A DNA stretch of 63,507 bases, counting the filler, from Hausera hauseri (Eukaryota), in the NCBI GenBank assembly GCA_046269625.1. It is 11 parts of 11 records of this genome, joined end to end, with 100 filler letters (N's around TTAATTAATTAA, not from the genome) between each part and the next. Parts side by side here need not be neighbours in the genome. Positions count along the whole stretch, not along the records: positions 37,175 to 42,815 come from JBJURY010215410.1; positions 42,916 to 49,134 come from JBJURY010123762.1; 9 more parts are not named here. One strand, given 5' to 3'. Under the pieces are notes generated by a model. The model did no database searches. It was not told the DNA's origin and saw only the letters and a program-made list of their open reading frames with translations. This document shows, piece after piece, positions 37,921 through 49,234 of the stretch (position 1 is its first letter; each line of letters begins with the position of its first letter). A program made the position numbers and the translations under genes.

Positions 37921-40900
37921 AGCAAAATTAACGTAATTAGAAACGAAAATTTAGAAGCAATCTATGGCGTTTGTTGAGACACAGGCATGGTTATCGAGAT
38001 ACAATATTTACGACGTTTTTTGAAAAACCAGCCTGATACTGATGACCCCAAAGTTCTAGTGGCTAGAAACGAATATGAGCACAAATTACGATTAATGGAA
38101 GTCTATCACGGTCTACACAAGCCACAAACAGAATATAAACGTTTTATCGCCCCGCCAAGGCTTACTGATATGGCACGGAAGAAGAACCTTCCGAGGACAA
38201 GCAAAGAGTCAGGCGAAATGGAGAAACCTTAGACTCCGGATAAAATAACTATAGAGGTAGAGCCAGAGCATACTATAAAAAAGATAATTGAGGAAATAGA
38301 CGTCGAAGAGAAGGAAGAATTCCTAGAGCCGCTCATTCTCAAAATTACTAAAAACAAAGGCCGTAGTCTCTCGTTGAAGCGAAAACGCAAGGATAGATCA
38401 AGATCTCCCATGCGCAAGTCGAGCACAAAGAAAGAGGTCGAAATCGCACCAAAAAGCGACATCGAGTGCGCCTCAAACTGTCCAGAAATTAGTTTAGTTA
38501 CGCCCGGAGAAATAGAAGAACTGATAAAAATTGCAGATAAAATAAACGATGTATGTCCGATAACTACTAGTGAGGAGGAAACAGAACAAGAAGAGAAACT
38601 TGATCCTAAAAAGTGGAAAATCAGGCGCTCGTGGAAAAATTTCGAACAGTTAAAAAGCATGAGGGAAAATTGTCACAACTTAGAGGTATTACAACAGAAT
38701 TTAGAGAAACTCAAAGCAATAAGTGAACAAGTAGATATTTCGGGCAAAGAACAGCAGATTGTAGAGATACTGTATAAAAAGATGAAACTATACAGTGAAG
38801 GAAAGCTAAGTGAAGCCATAGATTTGGATCAACCCGATGAAGTTGCAAAAGAGACTCTGGCACAATGGAAACGCACATTAGAGCGCTGGATGAAAGTTGG
38901 GACGAAAAATCTAGAGACATGGGATAAGACCACCCAAGACATTGAAACTAGAATCAGCCAGGCTCAGTCGCTATTAGCAACATTAGAAGCCAACCCGAAA
39001 TTAAAACGAGCGGTACATAATCTAAAGCGTGTAATGGATAAAATTAGATTCATCATAGCTGAGCAACTAAAAAAGAAACCGGTTAAAGAAAGGACTGAAA
39101 CTGATCTGGAGATGTTGGGTATAGATTCCTTAGATATTCCGCCTTTAATGGAGATGATAAAAATCGTTTCTAATGCAACAAGGCAATATACCAGTCTGGG
39201 AAGTCGAAAAACTGTCGCAGATAAATAGTCTAAGGAATAGAATTATGTACCCAAATAACGATGAAACACGGAGAATAACTGTAGCTTGTGTCCTGGAATT
39301 TAATGAGCATGAAGAAGAGTTTGACTATGCCTGTCGGATCATTGATTTCATTAAAGGCCCAGATGATGAACTAGAAGACGCCAACAAGATGTCAAACAAA
39401 GCGATACTGGCAAAGCCAGATATCAGGAATCAAATGAATGAGTGGTCCAAAGTAATAACAAGTTTGAGCGAATTAATAAGTAGCCGGATGAACGAATTTC
39501 CGCAAAGCGAATGTAGAGTAAAGAGGCAGTTGAAGGAAGACGCCCAAAATTTAGATACGATGAAAGCAGAAATTGACATCCGAACGCAATTCAAATCCTT
39601 ACGCCTGTTGGATTTTATGGACAGGAAACAAGAAATAATGATGCTTGAGGACATATATAAAGTGATCGAAGAAACAAACTTTACACAAAAGCGGAATGAG
39701 ATTCATGACCTTTATCCAAAATTAAGAAAAGTCCGCCTAGAAGGAATTCAAAATTTGGCCACCAAGCCCATAGGAGAAATATCCGTTCGTGACCTTAAGG
39801 CATTAGACGTTTGTACCAATCACCAGTCAACCCTCGAAGAGATAGTGGCGTTTTTACATCAACCACAGGAAGGAATGCCTGGAGCCGACCGAAGGTATCA
39901 TATCGAATTAACTAAAATAAGGAATGACCAACATCTGAATTTTGAAGAAGTTAAGTTCATAAAAAGGCTACTTGATGAAATAGACCCCGACTCCAGAGTT
40001 ATTAATGAGATGTATGACCTAGTACAACTAATGGTGGAAATGGCAGAAATCAGCGATGAGAAATTAAGACAGCTGCTGCCACAGATACGACAAATTGAAG
40101 AAACTAATATCAAAACCAAACAGAGAGCGATGAAATTTGACGAACTAGCCAAAGAACTCAAACCGTATAAAGTTAAGTATGCTCTTACCGAAGCAGAGAA
40201 GGTTGACAAGTCGCAATTTGTGCATAAATGGCAACTGGACGTAGCTTCCGAGTTAACTAATTACCAGGAAAAGGGATTTATATCAGCCGAAGAATTATGA
40301 CAGCTGCTAACCGTACTACGTCAAACTTCTGGAAATTGATGCTGTTTCCGAACCACCAAAATGGTTATAATGCAACAGAAGCTACGAGAACTTAGAGCAA
40401 CCGTAGAGATTGCGGGTGCAAATAGGTCGACTGACACACTACCGAGAAGTTATTCATTACCGGATAATGAAAATGAGCCAGATTGGGAGGCATATCTAGA
40501 TGCCATGATGGCCGAAAATCCGAAAACCCCCGTGCGATTGAACGAAACAGAGGTACCGTCGCCGGACCAGAAATTCTGTGTAGAAATGCTCTTAGATCCG
40601 GTACAGACTGAAAATGAACTATTTAGGTTAATCAATGTGAACCTCACTGAAAAGCAATTAATACGGTTGGTTCCCACTTTAACCAAATTGGCCAGCGAAG
40701 GTACAGTTTACAGTGCCGCGCCAAAACTTTTAATCAAAGAATATGCTGAATTTCTAAGGACAAGGCCCGAAGAGGGAATTAAAGTAAAAATAACGGCAGA
40801 TTGGATGGATGAAAAGGAAGAAGAGTTCACTACGCATTCATCCGTGAAGGATGTATTACTATGGATAACGAATAACGGTTACACCCACGAGCTGAACTAT

Positions 40901-41718
40901 AGGCTATATTTTAGAGGAAGAATGCTTGACGAGTCGGAACTATTGATAGAAGTCGGAATCATTCCTGACGAGGTGAACCGGTTAGTGGTAACCATCGCTA
41001 ACAACGAGACAAAAGAAGAGGCTATAAGGAAGGCAAAGGCCGAACAGCCAATAGGACGAATAATAGGAGTCCGAGACGCGGTAGTGTATTTTGAGTACCT
41101 ACAGACAGATGAAGATCATGAGCAATACGATAAAAATTTGGTACCGATTAATGTCGGTATACTTGTTGTAACGAAACAAAAGCGACCTATTGGTAGGCCA
41201 CGGAAGATACGGGAAGAAATTGACTATAATGGAGACTTGATCAGAGAAATGGGGCAGATATCCATATTAAACTTTAGTGCAGATAATGAGGAACTGAATG
41301 AACTAATGAAAGATTGGATACGAATGGTAAATTACTCCAGTTTGAACGGTGATGTGTTAGATAAAAAAAGGCCATATTAAATGCCGCCAAGGCCATGAAA
41401 GGCATCCGGTGTAAATTATCTAAAAGTACCTTAAGCGACAAAGCAACGATCGAGAAAATTATGGTGGAAAATACCGTGGAGGAATTGAGAAAAGTGATGC
41501 TATATTTAGCCATCAAAACCAATCCGAATCGCAAAAACGAATTTAACAAGGCTGCCAGTTTAGCAAGGAAGGCTGCCAGGAAAATACCTCGAGAGGTGAA
41601 CTGGTCTAAGCTATTCGAAAAAGAGAAAGAACCTAAAGGAGAATTCTTCTTAGACATCAACAGGCTCGGTGACCTGCTACAAAACGTAGCCGGAAACCGC
41701 AGAGGAAACGAATCGATT
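37921..41718 (+). pseudogene. Region X: long charged helical protein segment with ubiquitin-like domain (40778-40996) and AT-hook-like motif (41180-41206)
   Basis: ORFs 37987, 38374, 39173, 40361, 41395; conserved in copies 2 and 5. Confidence 0.75.
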
Positions 41719-42815
41719 TGGCTAATCAACCTCTTGACCATTATGATGCTGATAAGACAGATAGGCGCCGTCACTGTACATGATTGTCACAGATTTAGAC
41801 TTGGCCAAAAATACTCCCTAATGGACTTGGAAATGTGCGAAGATGCGAGACCACACAAACTGGAAACAAAGGAAAAAAGTTACGTGTATTATACCAACAG
41901 CGCGAACTAATTACATTAGATAGAGTAGAGTGTATGTTGAGACGATCCCGAAGCATCTTCCACTGTGGACTAATACATAGACACTCGTCAATAATTAAGC
42001 CAACCATCCCCCTAATTCTAATGAATTTAGAGCGTCAACATTGCAAACAAACCAGAGAAACGGGAAGAATAAAATGGGATGGAATGGAATTAGAGATGCA
42101 ACAAGGGAAGATAATTAGAGTGTATAAGGTGGTAGCAGGAAGGCTGGACATGCACACTGGACATTGCCAAGGCACAGAATATGATACGGGAAAAGGATCA
42201 GAGTCAAACGTCGTGGTAGTGGATTTTTACGAAACCGAAATGCGCATACAAAAAGTGATGTTTCATAGCGTTACCAAGTTCTATACCGAGAACCACAAGT
42301 GTCGCGTTCAGGATGGCACATGTCCATTTCGAAGTTCAGTAGTAATTTGGGAATCACCAGCTAAAATTGATTGCAACTTCATTAGGATTAAAAAACTTAA
42401 ATTCAACGAGACGACCGGAAAACAGTACATAACTAGTACAGAAACCAACTCTAAAACACAAGAAGATGTAGCCGAACAGTCCACACCCACTATACGGATT
42501 TCTGATACTCATGGATTAAAATTTGTAAAGAAGACCATGCTCACCCGATGCCACGTAGTAATGTATGCTACCAAATATGAAGCGTTTTTTGTAGCCGAGA
42601 CTGAAATAAATGCCCGAACGTTCAAACTCAAGACTCAAGACATCCGAATTGAGGATTATGTGAAGAACAGAGACGATTACTTTTATTATAAAGGAAAAGC
42701 CGGAATAGCCGAGTTGTACCACAAGATGATAACAAACAATTGTAAATTGGACTTGGAAATCATGAGAACTAAATTAGCTCTAATCTACGCCAATCCGGAG
42801 CTGGCGTCACCAATA
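41719..42815 (+). pseudogene. env: Chuvirus-like glycoprotein (N-terminal half)
   Basis: WLINLLTIMMLIRQIGA/VTVHDC, RSIFHCGLIHRHSSI, GHCQG, NVVVVD, VVIW..DCNF, LYHKMITNNC. Confidence 0.82.
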
Positions 42816-42915
42816 NNNNNNNNNNNNNNNNNNNNNNNNNNNNNNNNNNNNNNNNNNNNTTAATTAATTAANNNNNNNNNNNNNNNNNNNNNNNNNNNNN
42901 NNNNNNNNNNNNNNN
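42816..42915. other. Assembly linker
   Basis: 100 bp N-TTAATTAATTAA-N. Confidence 0.97.
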
Positions 42916-43754
42916 TTTTCATCTTTATACGCAACTCTGAATCTTTTTAAAAACACAAAATCAATTTCAAGTCTTGATATCTAATTATATTTCTTTTTTA
43001 TGTACATTCACAACGCCTTTCTTTTCTTTACAATTAAAACAAACTCATACAAGTCATATATAAAAAACTCTATACAATTGACATGAAGAAAATTCATATT
43101 ATCACATAATTTACAATCGCAATTTAATATTATCAATTTGATAACTACAACGATGAATATATACAATTTATTACATAAGTTCGCCAAATCCGCCATCCAC
43201 ATCGCAATATATCATCGTTCACCGTCTCAACTCCCGTCATTTTTTGTTGATTATTTTGGTGCATACAAGCCAAATTTTGTTTAACATGTTCAAGAATAAA
43301 TTCTGAATCTGGGATACCTGACAATTTATACATCCTGGTACTGTTTTTTGACAGTAGAATAGTGAATATCTTCTCAGCATTCCAAATACCATTTCTACAA
43401 CCCATGATTTTTTCTACGATGATAATACCGATTTCTAGAGATTTAAAAAAATAAATTTCTCAAGTCTCCCAAAGATCTCTTCGAGTTTTCATTGAAGGTT
43501 ATGATTCCGACAAAGAAGCCCGGAGTTTATAATTGTATTAGTCAATCTGACCTCCATTTGTTCATTGAATTACTTGGCAACGGGACTCTTAGATTTATTG
43601 ATGTTGTCTTGTATCTATATTAACTTGCCTTCATAATAATATTAATTTAAGTCGATCTCTGTCCGAAAGATATTTGGCCAACTACCATATCAAACACATT
43701 TAACATAACCATCGATACACGGCATTTAGATGAGTTGGTTTTGTTTGCGATTGG

Positions 43755-44112
43755 TAAGACTATTAATCAGAATCCCGATAACCACAATTGGATGTTTGTC
43801 AAGGCCGAACTTACCATTGCTAAATCCGATTATTTTAAAGCCATGAGATGTTACTTGGAAGCGGGTGCGGCAGCAACGGAATTTTTTACAAATCCCGTGA
43901 CAAAGGAAATCTATACTGATTGGGTACTGCAACACAATCCGATGCTGCCGTGAGATGGGGTATCATCACTAGGCCATATTTTTCCGTCAATACATACCGG
44001 ATAATATTATCGCTGCTCAAATGGCCCCGGAGGTGACAATTCCAATGATTCGTCTGATTTCTATGTCCACTTGATGTGGGATATTAATCTCATTGAGTTT
44101 CTTGTCACCATT
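43755..44112 (+). pseudogene. INTS8: Integrator complex subunit 8 C-terminal fragment (frameshifted, with stop)
   Basis: AMRCYLEAGAAATEFFTNPVTKEIYTDWVL...RCC..MG...MWDINLIEFL resembles INTS8 YLQAGAVCSDFF..VP.DVYTDQV...KCC...IWDVTILEYL (from memory). Confidence 0.7.
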
Positions 44113-44124
44113 GTATACGAATAT

Positions 44125-44277
44125 TATTTCACACTGGTCCTATTTAGTAAACTCCATGGTGAAATTTCGACTCTCGATGATCTGATTGAACCTGATCCGG
44201 CCTTCAGGTCACTCCAGCAGATGATTTATTATAATGAAAGCGATTTCTCCGACGTATTTCGCTTGTACTATGAGGTT
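44125..44277 (+). pseudogene. HECT E3 ligase domain fragment
   Basis: YFTLVLFSKLHGEISTLDDLIEPDPAFRSLQQMIYYNESDFSDVFRLYYEV fits HECT F..vlyKL.G...tL.DL....P....SL..ll.Y.....d.f.l.f.v. Confidence 0.6.
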
Positions 44278-45189
44278 TATTTGGAAAACGCAGCAAGAGT
44301 CTCAAGTAACAGAGCTGATAACATGGCAAAACAACCCATCTACTATATGGACACTCTTTGCAACCTATTCAGCGAGAGTATATTATTAAAATGTTGTATG
44401 TTTCTTCTTTACTGGAGTCGGGGTTTGATTTAATCAGAAATAAAGACTCGAAGTACTCGAATTTATCTGGTAATAACGCATGCATTCTGTCAAGTAGAAC
44501 AAGAGAAGTAAAGAGAAAAGTGAGTCAAAACCTCCGTTGGGTTACATACTATTTTATCGTGAAGCGCGGAGGAATATTACACGCGGTAATTCAGAGGAAA
44601 GAATATGTCAGATTTGACAAAATCCGGTAGACGTCTTACAATCACAGATATGTAGACACAGATTGGTAGAATTTTTGTTGCTGATTTGCGCTCACCAGTA
44701 CAATAATTTTCTACATTTATACAAATTACTAATAGTTAACATCAATTTCAATTTTAAAACGCCTTTCAGTTCAGAAATTTTGGATATTTTATCACAATTA
44801 ATATTTGCTACTATTCTCCCGGCTGCATACTCAAACCTTTTCAAGGTCAGAAAAGAAACTCTCCCAGGCCCACACGCACCAACGTTCTCCTTGCATTGCT
44901 TCACAGCAATTTTCCTTTTTTGTTTTCAGCAATAATCAATATATAAAAACAATAAGAGCTCCACTCAACGACACATCACAGCCCTTATACAAATCTGTCA
45001 TTTTTATTCAACACTTTTGACTGCTAATTCACATATCAAGGTCTTACTATGCACTCTTCCGACTCCCTCTCACTGTTCACACGTTACGAACATCCGATCA
45101 TCCATCTCTCTCCACTTTCGCTTTCGGGGTGGATCTGACCCAAATCCATCTTTCTCAGATGATACATCTACAAATACATGTAATATCTA

Positions 45190-46550
45190 TCGTTTATCAA
45201 ACTCTTATCAATCACGAGCCTCGCCAAATCTGCCTTGTGTGGATTTTTTTTTTAAAATAATTTCAGTAGACCAAGGCTCCAATTCCACCAACAGTGGCTA
45301 AAATCCAACATTACTGACTCTTGTGCGAGCCAACAGTCTTGATTTTTCTTCCTGCCAACATCAAGCAGCAGATCAGTAACATTTCCGAACTGTTCCAATT
45401 CTTGACACCTTACAAAAAACTGAGTCTAGTCTATATCACTGATCCATCGATAGACAATATCATACAAAAATACTTCAATGATCATGTGATAGGAAACCAA
45501 AAGCCATCCGACTTTCTCCAGACTGCCATATTGCATAGTAGTGTCTTAGGCGTAACGCATACCAATAACGCAGACTTAATTCGCCGTTATTTCTTGTCAT
45601 CTTTGCCCACCTCTATCACAGCTTTGCTTATTGTCGTCGACGACTCTACGGCTATTGAAAAACTGGCTATAATGACTGATAAGTCCTTTGAAATCCTCCA
45701 TACAAGCAATACTCTTCCAATTGCGGCTGCAATTACACATACGCCAAATATAGACACCACATCTTTCGCTCAACAATGTCAAATGATGTAGCAACAATTT
45801 GATACATTACAGCTGTCAATTTCGGCCATTACCACCTTACTAAACAATATTAATGGGCCTCGACGAAGTGAAGCTAGGCCTTCAAGGGAGCGAAGTCTTT
45901 CAAGACACTCCTCGATCAACATCCCCTGGTGGACGTATGACTTGCTTCTATCATATACGGTTTTGAAAGGATGCAAGGAAATGTTTCTTGGGCTATCGGT
46001 TTTACAGCGAACGATACGCTGTGGACAACCCTATCTGCATCTACCACAATAAGTATCAATAACAGGCCAGATCATGTGTGCCTGGTTGCAAACATTACAA
46101 AAATAAATTTTGTACTTTTTCTTCTCCCTTTTCCCCAAACCCTTTAAAAAACTAGTAACCCAGCCAGTTTTCACAGCACATTCTGGTATAGGCAATACAT
46201 TACACTTTTCTGGCCGTCTTAATACCACCTCTGCACTCTCTCTGTTGAAAGCTGCAATCTTCTCTGACGATTCATCTAATATAGATTTTCCCATCGACTT
46301 TGGAGCCGCCTTTTCGCTTTTACCGCAATCTTTCACGCCAACGTCAATTTTTCTTCGCCTCAACTCTTCGCAGCTAGTGGGCAGCCTTTGCGCATTGTTG
46401 GCATCACAGAGCTAACTTGTACCTTCTACAGCTTACCAGACAAGTTTGCTTGGAAGTTCTTCATTGCTAACATAAAGTCACCAATATTGGCTCAGATTTC
46501 CTGTCCGCACATGATCTATTAGTTGATTGTAAATAAGGCTGTTTGCTGCA
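45190..46550 (+). mobile_element. CsRn1-like Gypsy gag-protease remnant
   Basis: IGNQKPSDFL, YFLSSLP, KLAIMTDK, CFYH.RF..ARKC, FPIDFGAAFSLLP, KFAWKFFIANIKSPIL..DFL..HDLLVDC. Confidence 0.8.
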
Positions 46551-46760
46551 CAGGAATTCAATCGCAAATCCAATCAAATCTAAGGAAATCTAGTGAGCAA
46601 TTCATTGCACTCATCTGTAAATATACTGAACACCTCGTTAACTATTGACAAAACTTTCAATAATGTTAGTATTCTTTTAATTATGAGTAACAATCAGAAA
46701 TCTATTTTAAAACAAAAATCCAAATTGAATGTTGACAGTGGCAACGCCAGTTGTTCTTCG

Positions 46761-48632
46761 TCAATTACTGCAACTGTTTTTTCCGATGATATGTGGAAGG
46801 TTCAAAACAGATTTATTAATAATTTCCATATTTATATCATGGTACAGACGTTTGCTGGGCCCATAACTAGCAAACATTATTCCACTTTTAATACCATTTA
46901 ATATTAATTTTGTTCTTCTTTTCGAGTCCCATAATCCCCATACCGGCTTCTTTTGTGTGAAACAAATGATCACTTGGGGAGAAAATCCCTCTCCACATTT
47001 ACCCTCTTCTGTATCCAACTTTATCTCACTAGACCCATCTATTTTGAATATCCCCATAATTTCCCCATATCCCTTATCCAAAATATATAAATATAAAAAT
47101 ACATCTACATTAAATTTGCCATCATACTTGACCATTGTTAACGCAGTGTCCCTCTGCGGGGGTATGAAACCACCTTTAAATTCATTAGTCGGTTCAAACA
47201 TTCTGATTTTAGCACACATACGATCTCCAGCGGCATTCATAAGAACGAAAAACCAACGAACAACCAGAATATTATTCATATAACATCTTGATACCTGAAT
47301 AAGTCTCTCTTGATGTACAACTTTAGATTGAATTTGATTTGTAATATTGGCTCTGTTGTCGTTTGAACCCGAAGTAACATATTCTTTCGTCAGCAACTCC
47401 GCATTTCGGTCGTTCTCACCCGTACACTCGTTTTTTTGAAATTCTCTGAATATTTTTAATGATAATTCGGAATATAATGTTTCAACGACGTAATAAAGGT
47501 AGTACCTGAATAAACCTTCTACGATTTTCTCGTTCGTATCAGCTTGTGTAATCCCTTCTATTCGGAAACGACCCATTATCAGTGATACCGGACAAAACAA
47601 TCGAAATAAATTCATACAGTGTATTTTTCCCGTGCTTCTCGACCCTTTGATCCCAGTATAATTAAGATCGGATAATATCGGTTCTAGATGAACAAGGATT
47701 GTATCCGAGACCGTCTCTTCGGCTTCTTCATGATCTATGGGTTTTGAATAGTATGCTTGAAACTCTTTTGGGATATATCTCCACCTTCTTATGCATATCG
47801 TATCAGTGTCCAAATAAATAGGGAACGAAATTAGTTTGAAATTAATGTATATAAAATGTCCTTCCATGATTGTATTATATATAGAACCTTTTCCTTTATC
47901 ATAGTATTCGTGCACACACATTAAAGCAGGTCCAACATAAAGGTGAAAGAAAAACGGATAGCGGTATATTTGGTTAAGGCAAAGAAACTCTTGCATGGTT
48001 TTCCAATGTAAATCAGGTTGTAGGTGTCGTTCAGCCAATTCAAAGTAATCACCTTGTAGATAAAGTATTTGGCCAATACATAGAAGTTTTTGCTTCTGTT
48101 TCCCATATGACTCAATTTGTATGTGTCTTTCAACCAACTCAAAACGATCTCTTTGTAGGTGTAGGAGTTTATAAACATGAAGAGTTAAATAAATTCTGTG
48201 AAATTCATATTTATCCATGATAATTTCATCGTGAACATAATTCTTTACTATCTCAAGAAATATCTTCTTAATTTCGTTGGATACATCAATTTCTATAGTC
48301 ATTAATCTCTGTTTAATACTTTCCATAAATGACCTATCATCCGTCTCCGATATGTTTTTTCTTCGTAACACATGTATTCTCGCTTCTGGAGATACCCATT
48401 CATCCAAGACAATAGGATTTAACGTTATGGTCTTTATCTGACCTCTATGAAATGAATGGATAACATTTTCAAAACATCTGAGTCTTCGTGACTCACTGAT
48501 TTTGAACATATTTTGCATTAAGTCGTTTAGGAATTCATTATTCCTTCTTTGAAAATTAAAATTAAATTTCAAATATGAATTTTTAATTTGCATCAATGCC
48601 AATTCTATAGCTATTGCTATAGTATATTCCAT
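46761..48632 (-). CDS. Intact 623-aa hypothetical protein, intronless, with internal 33-aa tandem repeat
   Basis: ATG-to-stop ORF of 1872 bp in very AT-rich DNA; no recognised domain. Confidence 0.7.
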   Translation of the reverse strand: MEYTIAIAIELALMQIKNSYLKFNFNFQRRNNEFLNDLMQNMFKISESRRLRCFENVIHSFHRGQIKTITLNPIVLDEWVSPEARIHVLRRKNISETDDRSFMESIKQRLMTIEIDVSNEIKKIFLEIVKNYVHDEIIMDKYEFHRIYLTLHVYKLLHLQRDRFELVERHIQIESYGKQKQKLLCIGQILYLQGDYFELAERHLQPDLHWKTMQEFLCLNQIYRYPFFFHLYVGPALMCVHEYYDKGKGSIYNTIMEGHFIYINFKLISFPIYLDTDTICIRRWRYIPKEFQAYYSKPIDHEEAEETVSDTILVHLEPILSDLNYTGIKGSRSTGKIHCMNLFRLFCPVSLIMGRFRIEGITQADTNEKIVEGLFRYYLYYVVETLYSELSLKIFREFQKNECTGENDRNAELLTKEYVTSGSNDNRANITNQIQSKVVHQERLIQVSRCYMNNILVVRWFFVLMNAAGDRMCAKIRMFEPTNEFKGGFIPPQRDTALTMVKYDGKFNVDVFLYLYILDKGYGEIMGIFKIDGSSEIKLDTEEGKCGEGFSPQVIICFTQKKPVWGLWDSKRRTKLILNGIKSGIMFASYGPSKRLYHDINMEIINKSVLNLPHIIGKNSCSN

Positions 48633-49134
48633 ATCTACAGATATCGCTTATTTAATTGTATAAATGTACATTGATTTGTACATAATAAATGTAATATTAA
48701 TCATAAATGGGAATTCCCAACTTTTACGTGTATAAATACGTACATCCCGACATAATTTTCAAACTTCCTTGTTGAGTAAAAACTCATGTTAGTATCAAAC
48801 AAACAAAACATTGATTTAATAATGTCCATTTTTCTATTGTAGATCCGAATAAAGACAAAGCTGTCATATTTAAATTTTCCAATTGCGTTAATTTCTTTAT
48901 TGACAAACGTACCTTCATCTTTCTGGTCAACACTATATTTTGCACGTATCTCTCGGTGGTAATTTCGCCTTCAATTTTTAATTTGGATTCCTCCTCTTAT
49001 TTCTTCTCAGAGTTTATTTCCAATTACGTTTCCACTTTTTACCAAATGGACTCTTGTTGGAATCGATGGCAAGTCATTGTTAAGTTCCTCTTCACTTGCC
49101 GTACTCATCGTGAAATCTAATAGACCACCAGGAT

Positions 49135-49234
49135 NNNNNNNNNNNNNNNNNNNNNNNNNNNNNNNNNNNNNNNNNNNNTTAATTAATTAANNNNNNNNNN
49201 NNNNNNNNNNNNNNNNNNNNNNNNNNNNNNNNNN
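49135..49234. other. Assembly linker
   Basis: 100 bp N-TTAATTAATTAA-N. Confidence 0.97.

Larger units (their letters stand above)
37175..42815 (+). mobile_element. chu-Gypsy copy 3 (gag-X-Ubl-AT-hook-glycoprotein)
   Basis: Gag with zinc knuckle continuing into long ORFs homologous to copies 2 and 5, then G. Confidence 0.9.
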
